DNA of 64,000 nt, taken from NCBI GenBank assembly GCA_051294375.1, contig CM119264.1, positions 31,353,115 to 31,417,114 of the forward strand, in the 5' to 3' direction. A program made the position numbers and the translations under genes. Source of the DNA: Paraspadella gotoi. Lineage: Eukaryota > Animalia > Chaetognatha. The notes under the pieces are model-generated. The model made no database searches. It had not been told where the DNA came from and saw nothing but the letters and a program-made list of their open reading frames with translations. The first letter of the stretch is position 1. Every line of letters begins with the position of its first letter. Shown one piece after another: positions 40,560-52,539 of the stretch.

Positions 40560-41140
40560 CTTCGCCTTGAATCGCTACCTTCGCTATTAATTAATTAATC
40601 GCCTTGAATTTCTACCTTTGCTATTAATTAATTAATTCGCCCTCAATCGCTACCTTTGCTAATAATTAATTAATTCGCCTTGAATCACTACCTTCGCTAT
40701 TAATTATTTAATTCACCTTGAATTGCCTAAACGTTCGCTATTAATTAATTCGGCTTGAGATAGCTACCTTCGCTAATTAAATTATTTAAATTCACCTTGA
40801 TTGGCTACCTTCGGCTATTAATTAATTAATTTGGGCCTTGAAGTCGCCTACCTTTGCTATTAAATTAATTAAATTTTGCGCCTCAATCGCTACCTTCGCT
40901 ATTAATTAATTAATTTCGCCTTGGAATCGCTACGACGTTCACTATTAATTAATTAATTCACTTGAATTGCTACCTTCGCTAATTATTATTTAATTCGCCT
41001 TGAATCGCTACCCTTTGTTATTAAATTAATTAATTCGCCTTGAAATCGCTACCGTTCACTGATTAATTATTCACCTTGAATTGCTACCTTCGCTAATTAA
41101 TTATTTAATTCGCCATGAATCGCTTACGCTTCGCATTAAT
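40560..41140. repeat. ~38-bp minisatellite (AATTAATTAATTCGCCTTGAATCGCTACCTTCGCTATT)n
   Basis: About 15 tandem units with read noise. Confidence 0.9.
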
Positions 41141-41223
41141 TAGTTTTTAAAACTTTATTATAATTATTTGCACTTTTTTGCAATGTAATTAGAATTAATT
41201 AATTATTTAATAATTAATCATTC

Positions 41224-41269
41224 AGGCGGCGAAGGAAGGTTCGTAAATCGAACCGAAACATGTCCGTTT
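41224..41269 (+). ncRNA. Penelope-type hammerhead remnant
   Basis: Stem I AGGCG/CGTTT, perfect stem II GGTTCG-TAAAT-CGAACC, GAAAC-ATGTC, then AATAAA. The CUGANGA box is corrupted (GCGAAGGA). Confidence 0.5.
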
Positions 41270-41575
41270 ATAAATAAATTTATAAATAAACTCGTTGCTG
41301 CATCACAATTTAATCTTTTTCCTTATATCCCAAACGCAACGAAAAAGAAAGGAAATTATCACAAGAAAAATTCAAAACGATTAATTAGCTAAATTTCTTT
41401 TTTAATAATGAAGAAATCCCCATTTCAATTCAACACAATGTTTTTTTTCCGTACCTAGCCAAATTTAACTGCCAATTGCTTTGGCCAATAGTCAAACCTG
41501 ACAGCCAATAGCTTTGGCCAATAGCCAATAGCCAATAACCAATAGCCATTAGCCACAGCGTTAGGGTTGGGTAAG

Positions 41576-42150
41576 AAACAAGTTTGAGCAAACAATGCCG
41601 AATCTGCCCACGATGATTAGCGGTTATCAGCTGATCAGATAATTAATTAATTAATTAATATTAATTATTTTAATTCATGTCAAAATCGTTTTCCACTCTG
41701 TCTCAATCACAAAACAAAAATCTCGATTATAAAATTGATTATTTAATTAATTACTAATTTAACTATAATTAATTAATCAAGCTTGAATTTACATTAAATA
41801 TAAAAAGAAAAAAAAATCATAGTTAAGCATAATCAAATAGTGAAATATATTTTTTTTCCATTTTAACTCATTTCCACTTGGACGATTCCATCAAACTTGA
41901 TTTCCAGCTTAATCACACACTTTCCTACCCACATCCAAAATTTCAAGTCAATCGCCAAATACAATCATGAGTAATTGGAGTTCAAAACTAAAGGGAGGAC
42001 AGACGGAAAAACGGGCATCAATAATTTATCATAATTCGATGTTCTGACATGATATAAGTGACGTTGCTCCGACAATATTGAGGGGGGCGACCGACGCACC
42101 AACAAAGTGAATTATAAGATCGGGATCTGCTGATAAGCAGATCCGACTAA
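41576..42150 (-). mobile_element. HINE/DINE-1-like family 1 copy with both ends
   Basis: 5' AGTCGGATCTGC..GCAGATCCCGA hairpin; 3' GCAGATTCGGCATTGTTTGCTCAAACTTGTTT; microsatellite almost absent. Confidence 0.85.
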
Positions 42151-42182
42151 AAAAGATAAAATAAATTCTTTGATGTACTTAC

Positions 42183-42754
42183 TTGGACATTTGGTCATTG
42201 TAAATGTCGTTTTCGTTTTCCTTTTCCTTTTCCTTTTTCTTTTCCTCGTCGTCGTCGTCTTCATCGTCGTCGTCTCTATCGTCGTCGTCGTCGTTCGTTC
42301 ATCGTCGTCGGGTGGTCGTCACCATCGTCGTCGTCTTCATCGTCGTCGTCGTCGTCATCGTCGCATCTCCGTCGTCTTCATCGTCTTACGGGTCATCATC
42401 TTCATCGTCGTCGTGGTCGTCTCCATCGTCGTCGTCGTCGTCCATCTTCATCGTCGTCGTCGTCGTCTTATCGTCGTCGTGGTCGTCCTCCATCGTCGTC
42501 GTCGCGTCGTCTTCTCGATCGTCGTTGTCGTCGTCGTGTCGTCTCCTCTTCTCATCGTCAGTCGTCGTGTCGTCTTCATCGTCGTCGTCTCCATCGTCGT
42601 CGTCGTCGTCCTTCTCATCGTCGTCGTCGTCGTCGTCGTCTTCATGTCTCGTTCCTCTGTCGTCGTCGTCGTCGTCGTCGTCTTCGTATTCATCGTCCTC
42701 TTTTCTAATCCCCTTTTTGAGCGAAGATCTAATAAAAGATGATACTTCACTAAT
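42183..42754 (-). CDS. Candidate poly-Asp exon of gene D (ISEVSSFIRSSLKKGIRKEDDEYED(n)...ENENDIYNDQMS)
   Basis: Strong acceptor TTGTTCTTTGTTTGCACAG and donor AA|GTAAGT; phase-2 end matches exon 34534-34669. The interior (GAC)n is noisy and has an apparent stop. Confidence 0.35.
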
Positions 42755-42818
42755 CTGTGCAAACAAAGAACAAGACAAACATCTATGCCGATAGCGTATT
42801 AGCGTAGAGGATGCAATG

Positions 42819-42865
<47 letters not shown>

Positions 42866-42921
42866 GAGCCCAACGTCTCGTCGTGGCTCACGCGCTCCGC
42901 GCCATTTTCCCCTCTCTCTAT

Positions 42922-42953
<32 letters not shown>

Positions 42954-43659
42954 CCTTCACTCCTTCTCTCCTTCTTTTTCTCGTGAGTTTTTTCCTGATT
43001 CGCTCTGGATTCGCCTAAAAAAAATAAAAAATAAGAAAATAAAGAAAAAACATAAAATCCGACAAAAGTGGCGAATGGTCTTTTTGACGGGGCGGATGGC
43101 ATTTTGGGGCGGGGCGATTGGCATTTTTCGGCGGGTCGAATGGCATTTTAGGCGGGGCAGATAGTATCTAAGCGGAAGAGATTGCCACTCTTCGTGATGG
43201 ATGATATGACGAGTAAACTTATGAAGTGAAATCATCAGAATTGAACTTTTTTTCCCCTTTTATTGACTTTTTCGAATTCGGTTAATTTTCAAACCTTAAT
43301 TTTATACTATTATTTAAAAATTGATAATTGATTAAAAATGCAAACTTAAAGTCTCGTTTTAATTTTAAACTTTGGAAGATAAATTTGAGATCAGAACTTG
43401 GAAAGAAAAGATTAAGAATTAAATGAATTGATATCTCTAATCGATTTAATAGTACAATAGGCAAAGTGTTATTGTTATTGTTATTGGTTATTTAGCCATT
43501 TAACCATTTGAATATGAATATTCATCTCTTAATAATTTGACAAAAATGATACTCGGAATAATAACTCGGGATAACCTCAAAAATAAAGAATCAGACATCT
43601 TCCGTAATAATTAAATTATCCATCGATTTTGTTTTTTTATTCAACTATACAATTATCGC

Positions 43660-43881
43660 GTTTTATCAAATTAAAATGTTTTTTTATCAAATGAAACATC
43701 TTTTTTCAAATGCAACATATTTTTTATCAATTGTAACATGTTTTTAACCGGATCTGCTTACAGCAGATTCCGGCTCTATAATTCACTTTGTCAGTCCGTC
43801 AGTCGGGCATTCACTTATATCATGTCAGAACATCGCATTATGATAAATTATGCAAAAAAAATGATGTCCGTCTGTCCGTCA

Positions 43882-43952
<71 letters not shown>

Positions 43953-44710
43953 CGTCCATCCATCCATCCGTCCGTCCGTCCGTAGATCCTACCTTAGCAA
44001 AAAGCCCCAATAACTCGTGATTGGGTGGTTGGATTGGAATTAAATTTTGTGTGTCGGTAGGAAAGTGTGTGATGAAGCTGGATATCGATTTTCGATAGAA
44101 TCGTGCGAGTGGAAATGAGTTTAAATGGAAAAAAAATAAGTCACATTTACTTGAATCTTTATTATTTATAATTACTAATAAATGTTTTAATAAATTAATT
44201 AATTAATTAAGGTGAAAAAATGATGCAATTTAAAAAAATTATGTAAGTGGAAAAAATTATGCAAGTTAAAAAAATGATGCAATTTAAAAAAAATAATGCA
44301 ATTTAAAAAAATGATGCAAGTTAAACAAATGATGCAAGTTGAATATATGATGCGAATTGTAAAAATGATTCAAATTGAAAAAAATGATGTGAGTTGAAAA
44401 AATGATGCGAGTTATTTAAAAAAATATTGTGATTAATCATCTGATTAGCTGATTACCGCTTAATTATCGTAGGCAGATCCGACATTGTTTGCTCAAACTT
44501 GTTTAAAATGCAACTTGTTTTTTAAAATGCAACTTTTTTTAAAAAATGCAACTTGTTTTTTAAAATGCAACATGTTTTTTATCAAATGCAACATCGTTTT
44601 TATCAAGGGTAACATGTTTTTTTTTTATCAAATGCAACATGTTTTTAATCAAATCCAACATCGTTTTTATCAAGTGTAACATATTTTTTATCAAATGCAA
44701 GATCTTTTTT
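43660..44710. repeat. ~21-bp minisatellite (TTTTATCAAATGCAACATGTT)n split by the HINE insertion
   Basis: Units at 43660-43745 resume at 44505-44710. Confidence 0.85.
43745..44504 (+). mobile_element. Full-length HINE/DINE-1-like family 1 element
   Basis: 5' subTIR CCGGATCTGC with nearby inverted copy, (CTGT)n, central AAAAAATGATGCAAGTT repeats, 3' subTIR GCAGATCCG plus GTTTG-CT-CAAAC hairpin; T-run flanks; no TSD. Confidence 0.9.
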
Positions 44711-44865
44711 TTCACGTTTGATCTGACTTCATCCATAGGGATCAAATTTTATTTATTGACTTCTACTGCGACCAGGTGCAATCGCTTTTTATCTCAACCC
44801 TTTGATGTTATTTTATTACTTTCCTTTTTATTGATCTTCATTCGTTACCTAGCAACAACTTGGTG

Positions 44866-44913
<48 letters not shown>

Positions 44914-44961
44914 TAATTCTCTCCTTCTCTTTCTTATTCTCATTTTCTCTGACTTCTTAGT

Positions 44962-44997
<36 letters not shown>

Positions 44998-45057
44998 ACT
45001 CTGAGTCTTTTTCTCTATACCCCCTCTGTCTCTCACTTTATTACTTTATCTCTCTCT

Positions 45058-45101
<44 letters not shown>

Positions 45102-45264
45102 CTCTTTTTCTAACTTCCTCTCTCTTTCTTTCTCTCTCTTCTTTCCATCCCTGTCTCTCTCCCTGACTCTCTCTCTCTGTCTCCTTCCCTCTCTCTTTCC
45201 TCCTGTCTCCTCTATCACTCACTCTCCCTCCCTCTCTGCCTCTATCACTCACTCTCCCTCCCTC

Positions 45265-45301
<37 letters not shown>

Positions 45302-45845
45302 ACTCCGTAGTCTCGTCTTTTCGAAAATGGTTTTTGGTTTCCGACGATTCTTCATGGAGATTGGATTCCACTCATCCTTTGAAGCGGATTTTTGGTCCCT
45401 GGAAGCGGATTTTTGGTCCCTGGAAGCGGATTTTTTTCCCTGGACGCGGATTTTTGGTCTGTGGAAGCAAAGATTTGAAAGCGGAATTGAAAGTGAGAAT
45501 CGAAAAAGATTTTTCATAAGCGAAATAACTATGTATTTTTTGATAAGTCATTAGCCAGAAATTCATAAAAAGTAATTTAGTGTAACATGACAATATCTAA
45601 ATAAAAAAAAACTTTATTAGAAGATAAATCAGTTTATATCATCTACATGACTATGAAATCAAATCTAAATGATTAATGTTTATTATTAACATTGTAAAAC
45701 TGGTTTTATAACTGAACGCTTTTTTACGAAACATAATTTTAACCATTTTTACATCTATATGGCGGGCGTTGATTAAAGACAGCACAGTTGTGATCCGTTC
45801 GTTGTGACCCGTTCGTACAGTTGTGACCCGTTTGCCCATCGTTTA

Positions 45846-46040
45846 AAGCCATAAGGTCATTATCATTAGGTATCAGGATCGTTCCCCGAGCTACCTACCC
45901 TAAGGAAAGCAAGAAACGGCTTTAAACCGCCTTGGGAATTTCGGAAAACCTTTAATCCAGGTTCCAAGCCCAGGAACCTTTTTATTGCTGAAGGTCGGGC
46001 GTTAATGAATTGCAGACTTCAGCCCACTTCGCGCCTTTTA
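45846..46040 (+). mobile_element. tRNA-derived SINE-like family, diverged copy
   Basis: AAAGCCAT..TTAGGTATCAGGATCG head remnant and GGTTCCAAGCCCAG core shared with 52072-52341. Confidence 0.65.
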
Positions 46041-46054
46041 AACAGACATATGTA

Positions 46055-46650
46055 CATTAGGTTGGCCTAAATTGATCACTTTTTATCATTAGGAGCTCTG
46101 AAATATAAAATTCATTTGTCCATCAGATACTTAATCAATATTTACTATCACTTTTTTGATTAGTGAAGCGCACTATAACATTGAAGCATTTAAATATTTA
46201 TCAATGCATAGTCAATGAAATAATTTTTTTGTAAACAAAATTATTTTATAAGAACGGATTCAGATAGCCAATAAAAAGTTGTCTACACAAATTATAATGC
46301 GTTTTTCGATATTTCGATGATAATTGGGTCAAATAATGGAAAAATTCTTGAAAATCATCATCATCATAATTTTTATAGTTTTTGCTGATTTTAACCAATA
46401 AAAAAAAAATTTGAAATCTTATAATATTTTTTATTTATTTTTTTAAGCTCTACTCGAATCCGTTTTTCAAAATTCTGAATTTGAAAAATAAATTTTTCAT
46501 GATTTATAAACTTTAAAAAGTTTAAATACTTCTATGTTATTAAGTATATACATGAATCATGAAATTTTAAAATTTTTTTTATCTCACAGGGATTCTCTAA
46601 CATTATTTATATTACAGAACTCCTAGTTTTTACCTTGTTCCGCCTTAATG
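46055..46650. mobile_element. MITE with TA flanks and a palindromic interior
   Basis: TA|CATTAGGTTGG ... CCGCCTTAATG|TA; internal mirrored blocks (GAACGGATTC/GAATCCGTTT, GGAGCTCTG/CAGAACTCC). Confidence 0.75.
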
Positions 46651-46659
46651 TACATATAG

Positions 46660-46842
46660 ACTTATTATCCTTATCTACTACTGTGCCTGGGCTTGGAACC
46701 AGGCGAGAGAGTTTCCCAGGCCCCCTCACGCTTCCAGCAGGATAGGTACCACTAGTGATCGATCACGGTACCTAATGGTCAGGAGCTGGTGGTTTGGCTC
46801 AATCAGTCACCGGGGTAACTTGGTGCAATGCTTCACTACATA
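46660..46842 (-). mobile_element. tRNA-derived SINE-like family, diverged copy
   Basis: CTGGGCTTGGAACC core, degenerate A/B boxes, same ATGTAGT 5' start as other copies. Confidence 0.7.
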
Positions 46843-47961
46843 TCTTCCTAATATTAAGGATAGAACAGAAGCGAGGGATAGAAGGGAATGGGATAGAAAA
46901 GAATGGGTATCTGGGAGAAGGAGCGATAGAAAAGAAGAGAGGATAGAAAAGGAAGGAGAGACAGAAGGAATGAGGGGATAGAAAAGAGGAGGGGATATAA
47001 AAGGAAGGAGAGACAAAAAGAATGAGGGTATAGACGAAATGGAGAATAGAAAAGAAGGTGGGATAGATAAGAGGAGGGGATAGAAAAGGAAGGAGAGACG
47101 GAAGGAGAGACTGAAGGAAAGAGGGATTAGAAAAGAAGAGAGGATAGAAAAGGAAGGAGAGACAGAAGGAATGAGTAGATAGAAAAGAGCAGGGGATTGA
47201 AAAGGAAGGAGAGACAGAAGGAATGAGGGGATAAAAAAGGAAAGAGAGACAGAAGGAATGAGGGGATAGAACAGAGAAGGGGATAGAAAAGGAAGGAGAG
47301 ACAGAAGGAATGAGGGGATAGAAAAGAGGAGGGGATAGAAAGGAAAGAGAGATAGAAGGAATGACGATATAGAAAATAAGGGGGGGATAGCAAAGAAAGG
47401 GAGACCAAAGGATAGACAACAGGAAAGGAAATTGGCGTGAGAGGGAAGATTTAATTATTTTTTTTAGATTTAAAACGCGAAAAGTTTTTAATTAATATAT
47501 TTTAATTTCAGTCGATAAATTTTTAAGTTTCTTTTTTCTCGACATTTAAATTCATGAGTTGAAATTAAATGTAGAAAAAGGTAAGAGATGGACTGGCGAA
47601 CGAACGGACTGAAAAACTGTTAGAACTTAGATAGATTGTGTCCTTAAGCTCAACGGATTTAATCCTAAAATTTAACTATGATTACATTCTTTTGCCATTG
47701 GACATTTGTCATTGCAAACGAACAATGTATATACATTATATAATTGAGTGAAATATTGTATGACACATAATAAACATAATAACATATACAATAAAGTGGC
47801 AGTCGGGTTGTTTTAATTGACGGCATCTGTTGGACTGACTGACTTTTATATTGACTCATTTATTTGAAACGACAAAGACGACGACCACGACGACGATTAC
47901 GACGATGACGACGACGACCGGTGGTCAAAACGTCAGGAATATAAATGTCGTCGATAGGATC

Positions 47962-48005
<44 letters not shown>

Positions 48006-48204
48006 AAACAACAACAACAACAACAACAAATTATTATGTCTATCCATTCTCTGAGTGTAAGTAATATAGTCTAATTAGATTGACATAATAATAGTAGTAT
48101 GTTGTACGTATAATTGTATATAGGATATAGTATGTGTTTTAAAAAAAAATTATTAGAAAATTACAGTAAAATTAATTAAATACGAAATTTTCTTAATGAA
48201 CCAT

Positions 48205-48438
48205 TTTTAGCCGGATCTGCTTACAGCAGATCTCGGCTTTATAATTCATACTGTCGCTCTGTCGGTCCGCCCCCACAAACTTGTCGGGCATTCACATATA
48301 TCATGTCAGAACATCAAATTATGATAAAATATGCAAAAAAAAAGATGACCGTCCGTCGTCTGTCTGTATGTCCCTCCGTCTGTCTGTCTGTATGTCTGTC
48401 CTGTTCCGTTCGTTCGTTCGTTCGTTCACTCGTTCGTT

Positions 48439-48469
<31 letters not shown>

Positions 48470-49043
48470 TCACTCGTTCGTTCGTTTCGTTCGTTCGTTC
48501 GTTCGTTCGTTCGTTCGTTCGTTCGTTCGTTCGTTCGTTCGTTCGTTCGTTCGTTCGTTTCGACCATTCGCCGTCCGTCCGTCCGTTCCCCCCTTAGCTA
48601 TGAACGCCAATTACTTATCAGTGGATGAGGCGATTTACTTGAAATTTTACGTGTGGGTAAAGAAGTGTGTGATTGAGCTGGAAATCAAGTTTCGATGGAA
48701 TCGTCTGAGTGGAAATGAGTTTAAATGGAAAATATAAAAAAGCTGTTTCACTATTTGATTATGGTTTTTATTTTTGTATTAAATATAAATGCAAACTGTA
48801 ATAATTTATTTGTTAATTAATAAATTCAAAAATTAATTAATTATTAAATTAATTAATTATATTAGTTATCTGATCATCTGCTTACTACTAATGATCGTGG
48901 GCATTTATATTTTCTATGAAAAGAAAGAATATAAAAGTAAATAAATTAAATATTTAATTATTAATTAATTAATTATCTGATAAGCTATTTACCGTTAATG
49001 ATTGTTGGCTGATCCGGCATTGTTTGTACAAAATTGTTTGTTT
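48205..49043 (+). mobile_element. Full-length HINE/DINE-1-like family 1 element with (TTCG)n tract
   Basis: AGCCGGATCTGCTTACAGCAGATCTCGGCT 5' end, conserved core, 3' GCTGATCCGGCATTGTTTGTACAAAATTGTTT. Confidence 0.88.
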
Positions 49044-49066
49044 CCCTAGTAATTTATTTTAGTGAA

Positions 49067-49104
<38 letters not shown>

Positions 49105-49257
49105 CTCTTGTCAGAAACATAAATAAAGCACCGCATAGTTTTTTCTTTTTTTCCCTTTTTTTATTCTCGAGTTTTTAAAAATGATTAATTTAAGTTTTTT
49201 CCTCATGTATCGACTAAAAAATAGTTTCCTTTTTAAATCTTGAGCTGGAATGACGTC

Positions 49258-49318
<61 letters not shown>

Positions 49319-49774
49319 GGAATTGAAATAGAGAAAAAAAGGAATTAAAACGCGAGAAATAAAGTAAGAAAAGAGATTAAGAGAATAAAATATTGGAAAA
49401 AAAGAAAAAAAACTTTAATTAGCAACACCAATTTATGTCTTTCTTTTTTTTTAGATTTCTAGTTACATTCCTTCTAATCTTTGCGTCATAGTTAGATTAT
49501 GGAATTTTCATGCGCCTATGACCATAATCCTTCACGAATATAAAATAACTTTAGTTCCATTAAGTTTTACATCGAAGTCGTAAGTTGCAATTTTAGAACA
49601 TGCGACATTAAAAATAAGAAAATAATGATCAAAATAACAACGACAACAACGAAAAGGATAAAACGACGACGACGACGACGACGACGACGAAAACAAATGA
49701 AAAAAGAAAATGTGTTTCGGTTGATTAAATGGTCGAGTGTTGACGACGATGATGACGAAGACGACGACGACGAC

Positions 49775-49834
<60 letters not shown>

Positions 49835-50284
49835 CACAATGACAACAAAGACGAAGATGGTGACGTAACCATTAAATGAATTTGAGGAAAGAGAAATAAA
49901 AAAGTAAAGAGGAATGCAGAGACGGACAAAACACGGACAGAGGGACAGAAAGGAGAGGGAATGCGGTCAGTGACGACGCAATGCCGACGCAATGCCGGTG
50001 CAGTGCCACACGCAATGCCGACGCAATAGCGGTTCAGTGCCGAGGGGCAATCAAGAACACTTTTCAAGGTTAGAAGGAAATAAAATAACAACGACGACGA
50101 TAACGACCATAAAGACGACAACAGGAACGACGACGACGACGACGACGACGACAACAAAGACAAAAAAATCCTTGTCACAAGGGAGAAATAAAGACATTTT
50201 CTCACAACGAAATTTCTTAGCATAAAAAGTTTAGACTGAAACTAAAAAAAAGCGAATGAGAAACAAAATCTTGAGCAGGAGAGT

Positions 50285-50322
<38 letters not shown>

Positions 50323-50525
50323 AGCGGCGACGAAACGAGAAGAACCAATCTGTTTCTCATCTCATATTTTTTTCCCTTTTTTTTTCTTTGTTAAAAATGA
50401 AATTTTAATTTTAGTTCAAAAAAGAAAAGAAAAAAAAGGGGAAACTACGGAAATATGCAAAATCCATTTTGCGGCCATTTTCATGCAGAATGAGAAGGGA
50501 GAGACAGAGAGAGAGAGAAGGAGAT

Positions 50526-50598
<73 letters not shown>

Positions 50599-50646
50599 GT
50601 GAAAGTCTTTGGAAATTCGCGTCGTTGATTATTGATGAATTCATCT

Positions 50647-50694
<48 letters not shown>

Positions 50695-50739
50695 TCTTCG
50701 ACTTTAAATTTAACATCAGACGACATATGGGAAATCAGT

Positions 50740-52000
50740 CAAGCCCAAAGACATCAATCACCCAAGCCTAAAGATATTTATCACTCCGAAACATGAATCA
50801 CACAAGCCCAAAGATATTTATCAATTATCACCCAGAAACATGACAAAGACATCTATCACCCTGAAACATTGATCATCCAAGCCCAAATACATTGATAACC
50901 TACGCCCAATAAACTTATCACCCAAAGACATTGATCACCCAAGCCCAAATACATTGATCACCCAAGCCCAATAAACTTATCACCCAAAGACACCAGCGCA
51001 AGTAATTTATTGCCCAACACAAGACATTGAACATCCAAGCCCAAATATATTGATCATCCAAGCCCAAGTTATATTAAAAAACCAAAGTCAAGATCTTGAT
51101 AACTTTTGCCCAAGCCAAGCCCAAGCAATTAATCACCCAAGCCCAAGGCCATTCAGAAATGGGAATGTCCCGAACCAATGATGGTCAGCGTCTTTGTTTC
51201 ATGTTGAAAATCTCTCTTGTGATCACCGATTGATCACTGGACCCAATAAAGATCACTGGACCAAATAATGATCACTGGACCCAATCATGATCACTGGACC
51301 CAATAATGATCACTGGACCCAATCATGATCACTGGACCCAATAATCATCACTGGACCCAATCATGATCACTGGACCTAATAATGATCACTGGACCCAATA
51401 ATGATCACTGGACCCAATAATGATCACTGGACCCAATAATGAATTTTTACGTCAGTGAACAGCAGAACCATCAGCCACCATCAGGGTAACTGCAATCCTC
51501 CGCCGACGTCAACTTTGGTCAAAATCTTTAGACCAAAACTAATTAAGATTCTTTCTTTTTTCTTCTTCTTTCATAAAAAATAATTTATATAAATATTTAA
51601 AAATTCAACTGGATTGTTTTGTTAAATATTTTCTTTTGTTTTATAAACGATTTCCTGTTCTTTTTCCACCAAAGTTTAAATCATCTCTAAATCTTCTCTA
51701 AATCATCTATAAAGAAATCTTTAAATCATCTCCAAATCATCTATAAAGTTTAAATCATCTCTAAATAATCTCTAAATTTTAAATCATTTCTAAATCATCT
51801 TTAAATCATTTCAAAATCATTTCTAAATCATCCCTCAAGTTAAAATCATCTCTAAATTTTTAATAATTTTTTCTAAATAATCTCTAAATCATCTTTTAAT
51901 CATCCTTAAATAATCTCTAAATCAACCCAAAACCATCTCTAAATCATTATTAAATCATCTCCTTAATTTATATCATCTTAAAATCATCTCTTAAGTCATC
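50740..52000. repeat. Cluster of three minisatellites
   Basis: ~23-bp CCCAAGCCCAAA..ATTGATCA (50740-51150), 19-bp TGATCACTGGACCCAATAA (51230-51440), 11-bp TAAATCATCTC (51675-52000). Confidence 0.88.
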
Positions 52001-52071
52001 TACGTTTGTCGACTAGAGACATAAGGAGTGAGAGACAATATTTAGTTGAAAACGACAATATTAGTTATATG

Positions 52072-52341
52072 AGGATAAGGCGCTACCTGGGCTAAAGATG
52101 ACTGTCCATAACTTCTATGACTCCCTCTAGCAGCCATGGAACGGGTCGCTGGGCTTGGAACCAGACTTGAGGGTTTTCCATGCCCAAAGGGCGGCTTACG
52201 GCCGTCCTCACGGTACCGGGTTGGGTTTGAACCCGGTAGCTCGTGGTCATGAGCTGATGGCTTTACTCAATGAGCCACCGGGTCACAACTGAAAGTGTCA
52301 TGCTTCTAGGCGGGGTGAACCTAGGCAATCCCCGACTACAT
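52072..52341 (-). mobile_element. Complete tRNA-derived SINE-like retroposon with 14-bp TSD
   Basis: A-box-like TGGCTCATTGAG, CTCATGA anticodon-like loop, B-box GGTTCAAACCC; direct repeat ATATTAGTTATATG at 52058-52071 and 52342-52355. Confidence 0.88.
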
Positions 52342-52539
52342 ATATTAGTTATATGTAAATAAAAGGTATAATTACAGTCTCAAAAGGAGAAATTCAAATG
52401 TCTATTTTTCAGTAAAAAAAATAATGTTATCTTTGCTAATTTATATTTTCTTATTTTTCATAAAAAATTTTAAATAATTATTAATTATCAACTTCGCCTC
52501 TTTTCTCTGAATTTTTTTATCTAACCAACTAACATCAGT

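Noticed and set aside
42720-42756. RLVKYHLLL resembling the RhoGEF DH motif
   Set aside because: Followed immediately by non-DH sequence and poly-Thr; no other DH segments found.
49981-50068. PTQCRCS..VQCRG resembling an LRRNT cap
   Set aside because: The first Cys is missing, there is no good acceptor, and the pattern arises from an ACGCAATGCCG repeat.
52205-52285. Functional tRNA-Met gene
   Set aside because: Acceptor, anticodon and T stems pair poorly, and it sits inside a TSD-flanked multi-copy element.
52300-52325. Similarity to 7SL RNA (CTAGGCGGGGTGAACC)
   Set aside because: Only ~16 nt, and antisense to the SINE head; compatible with chance.
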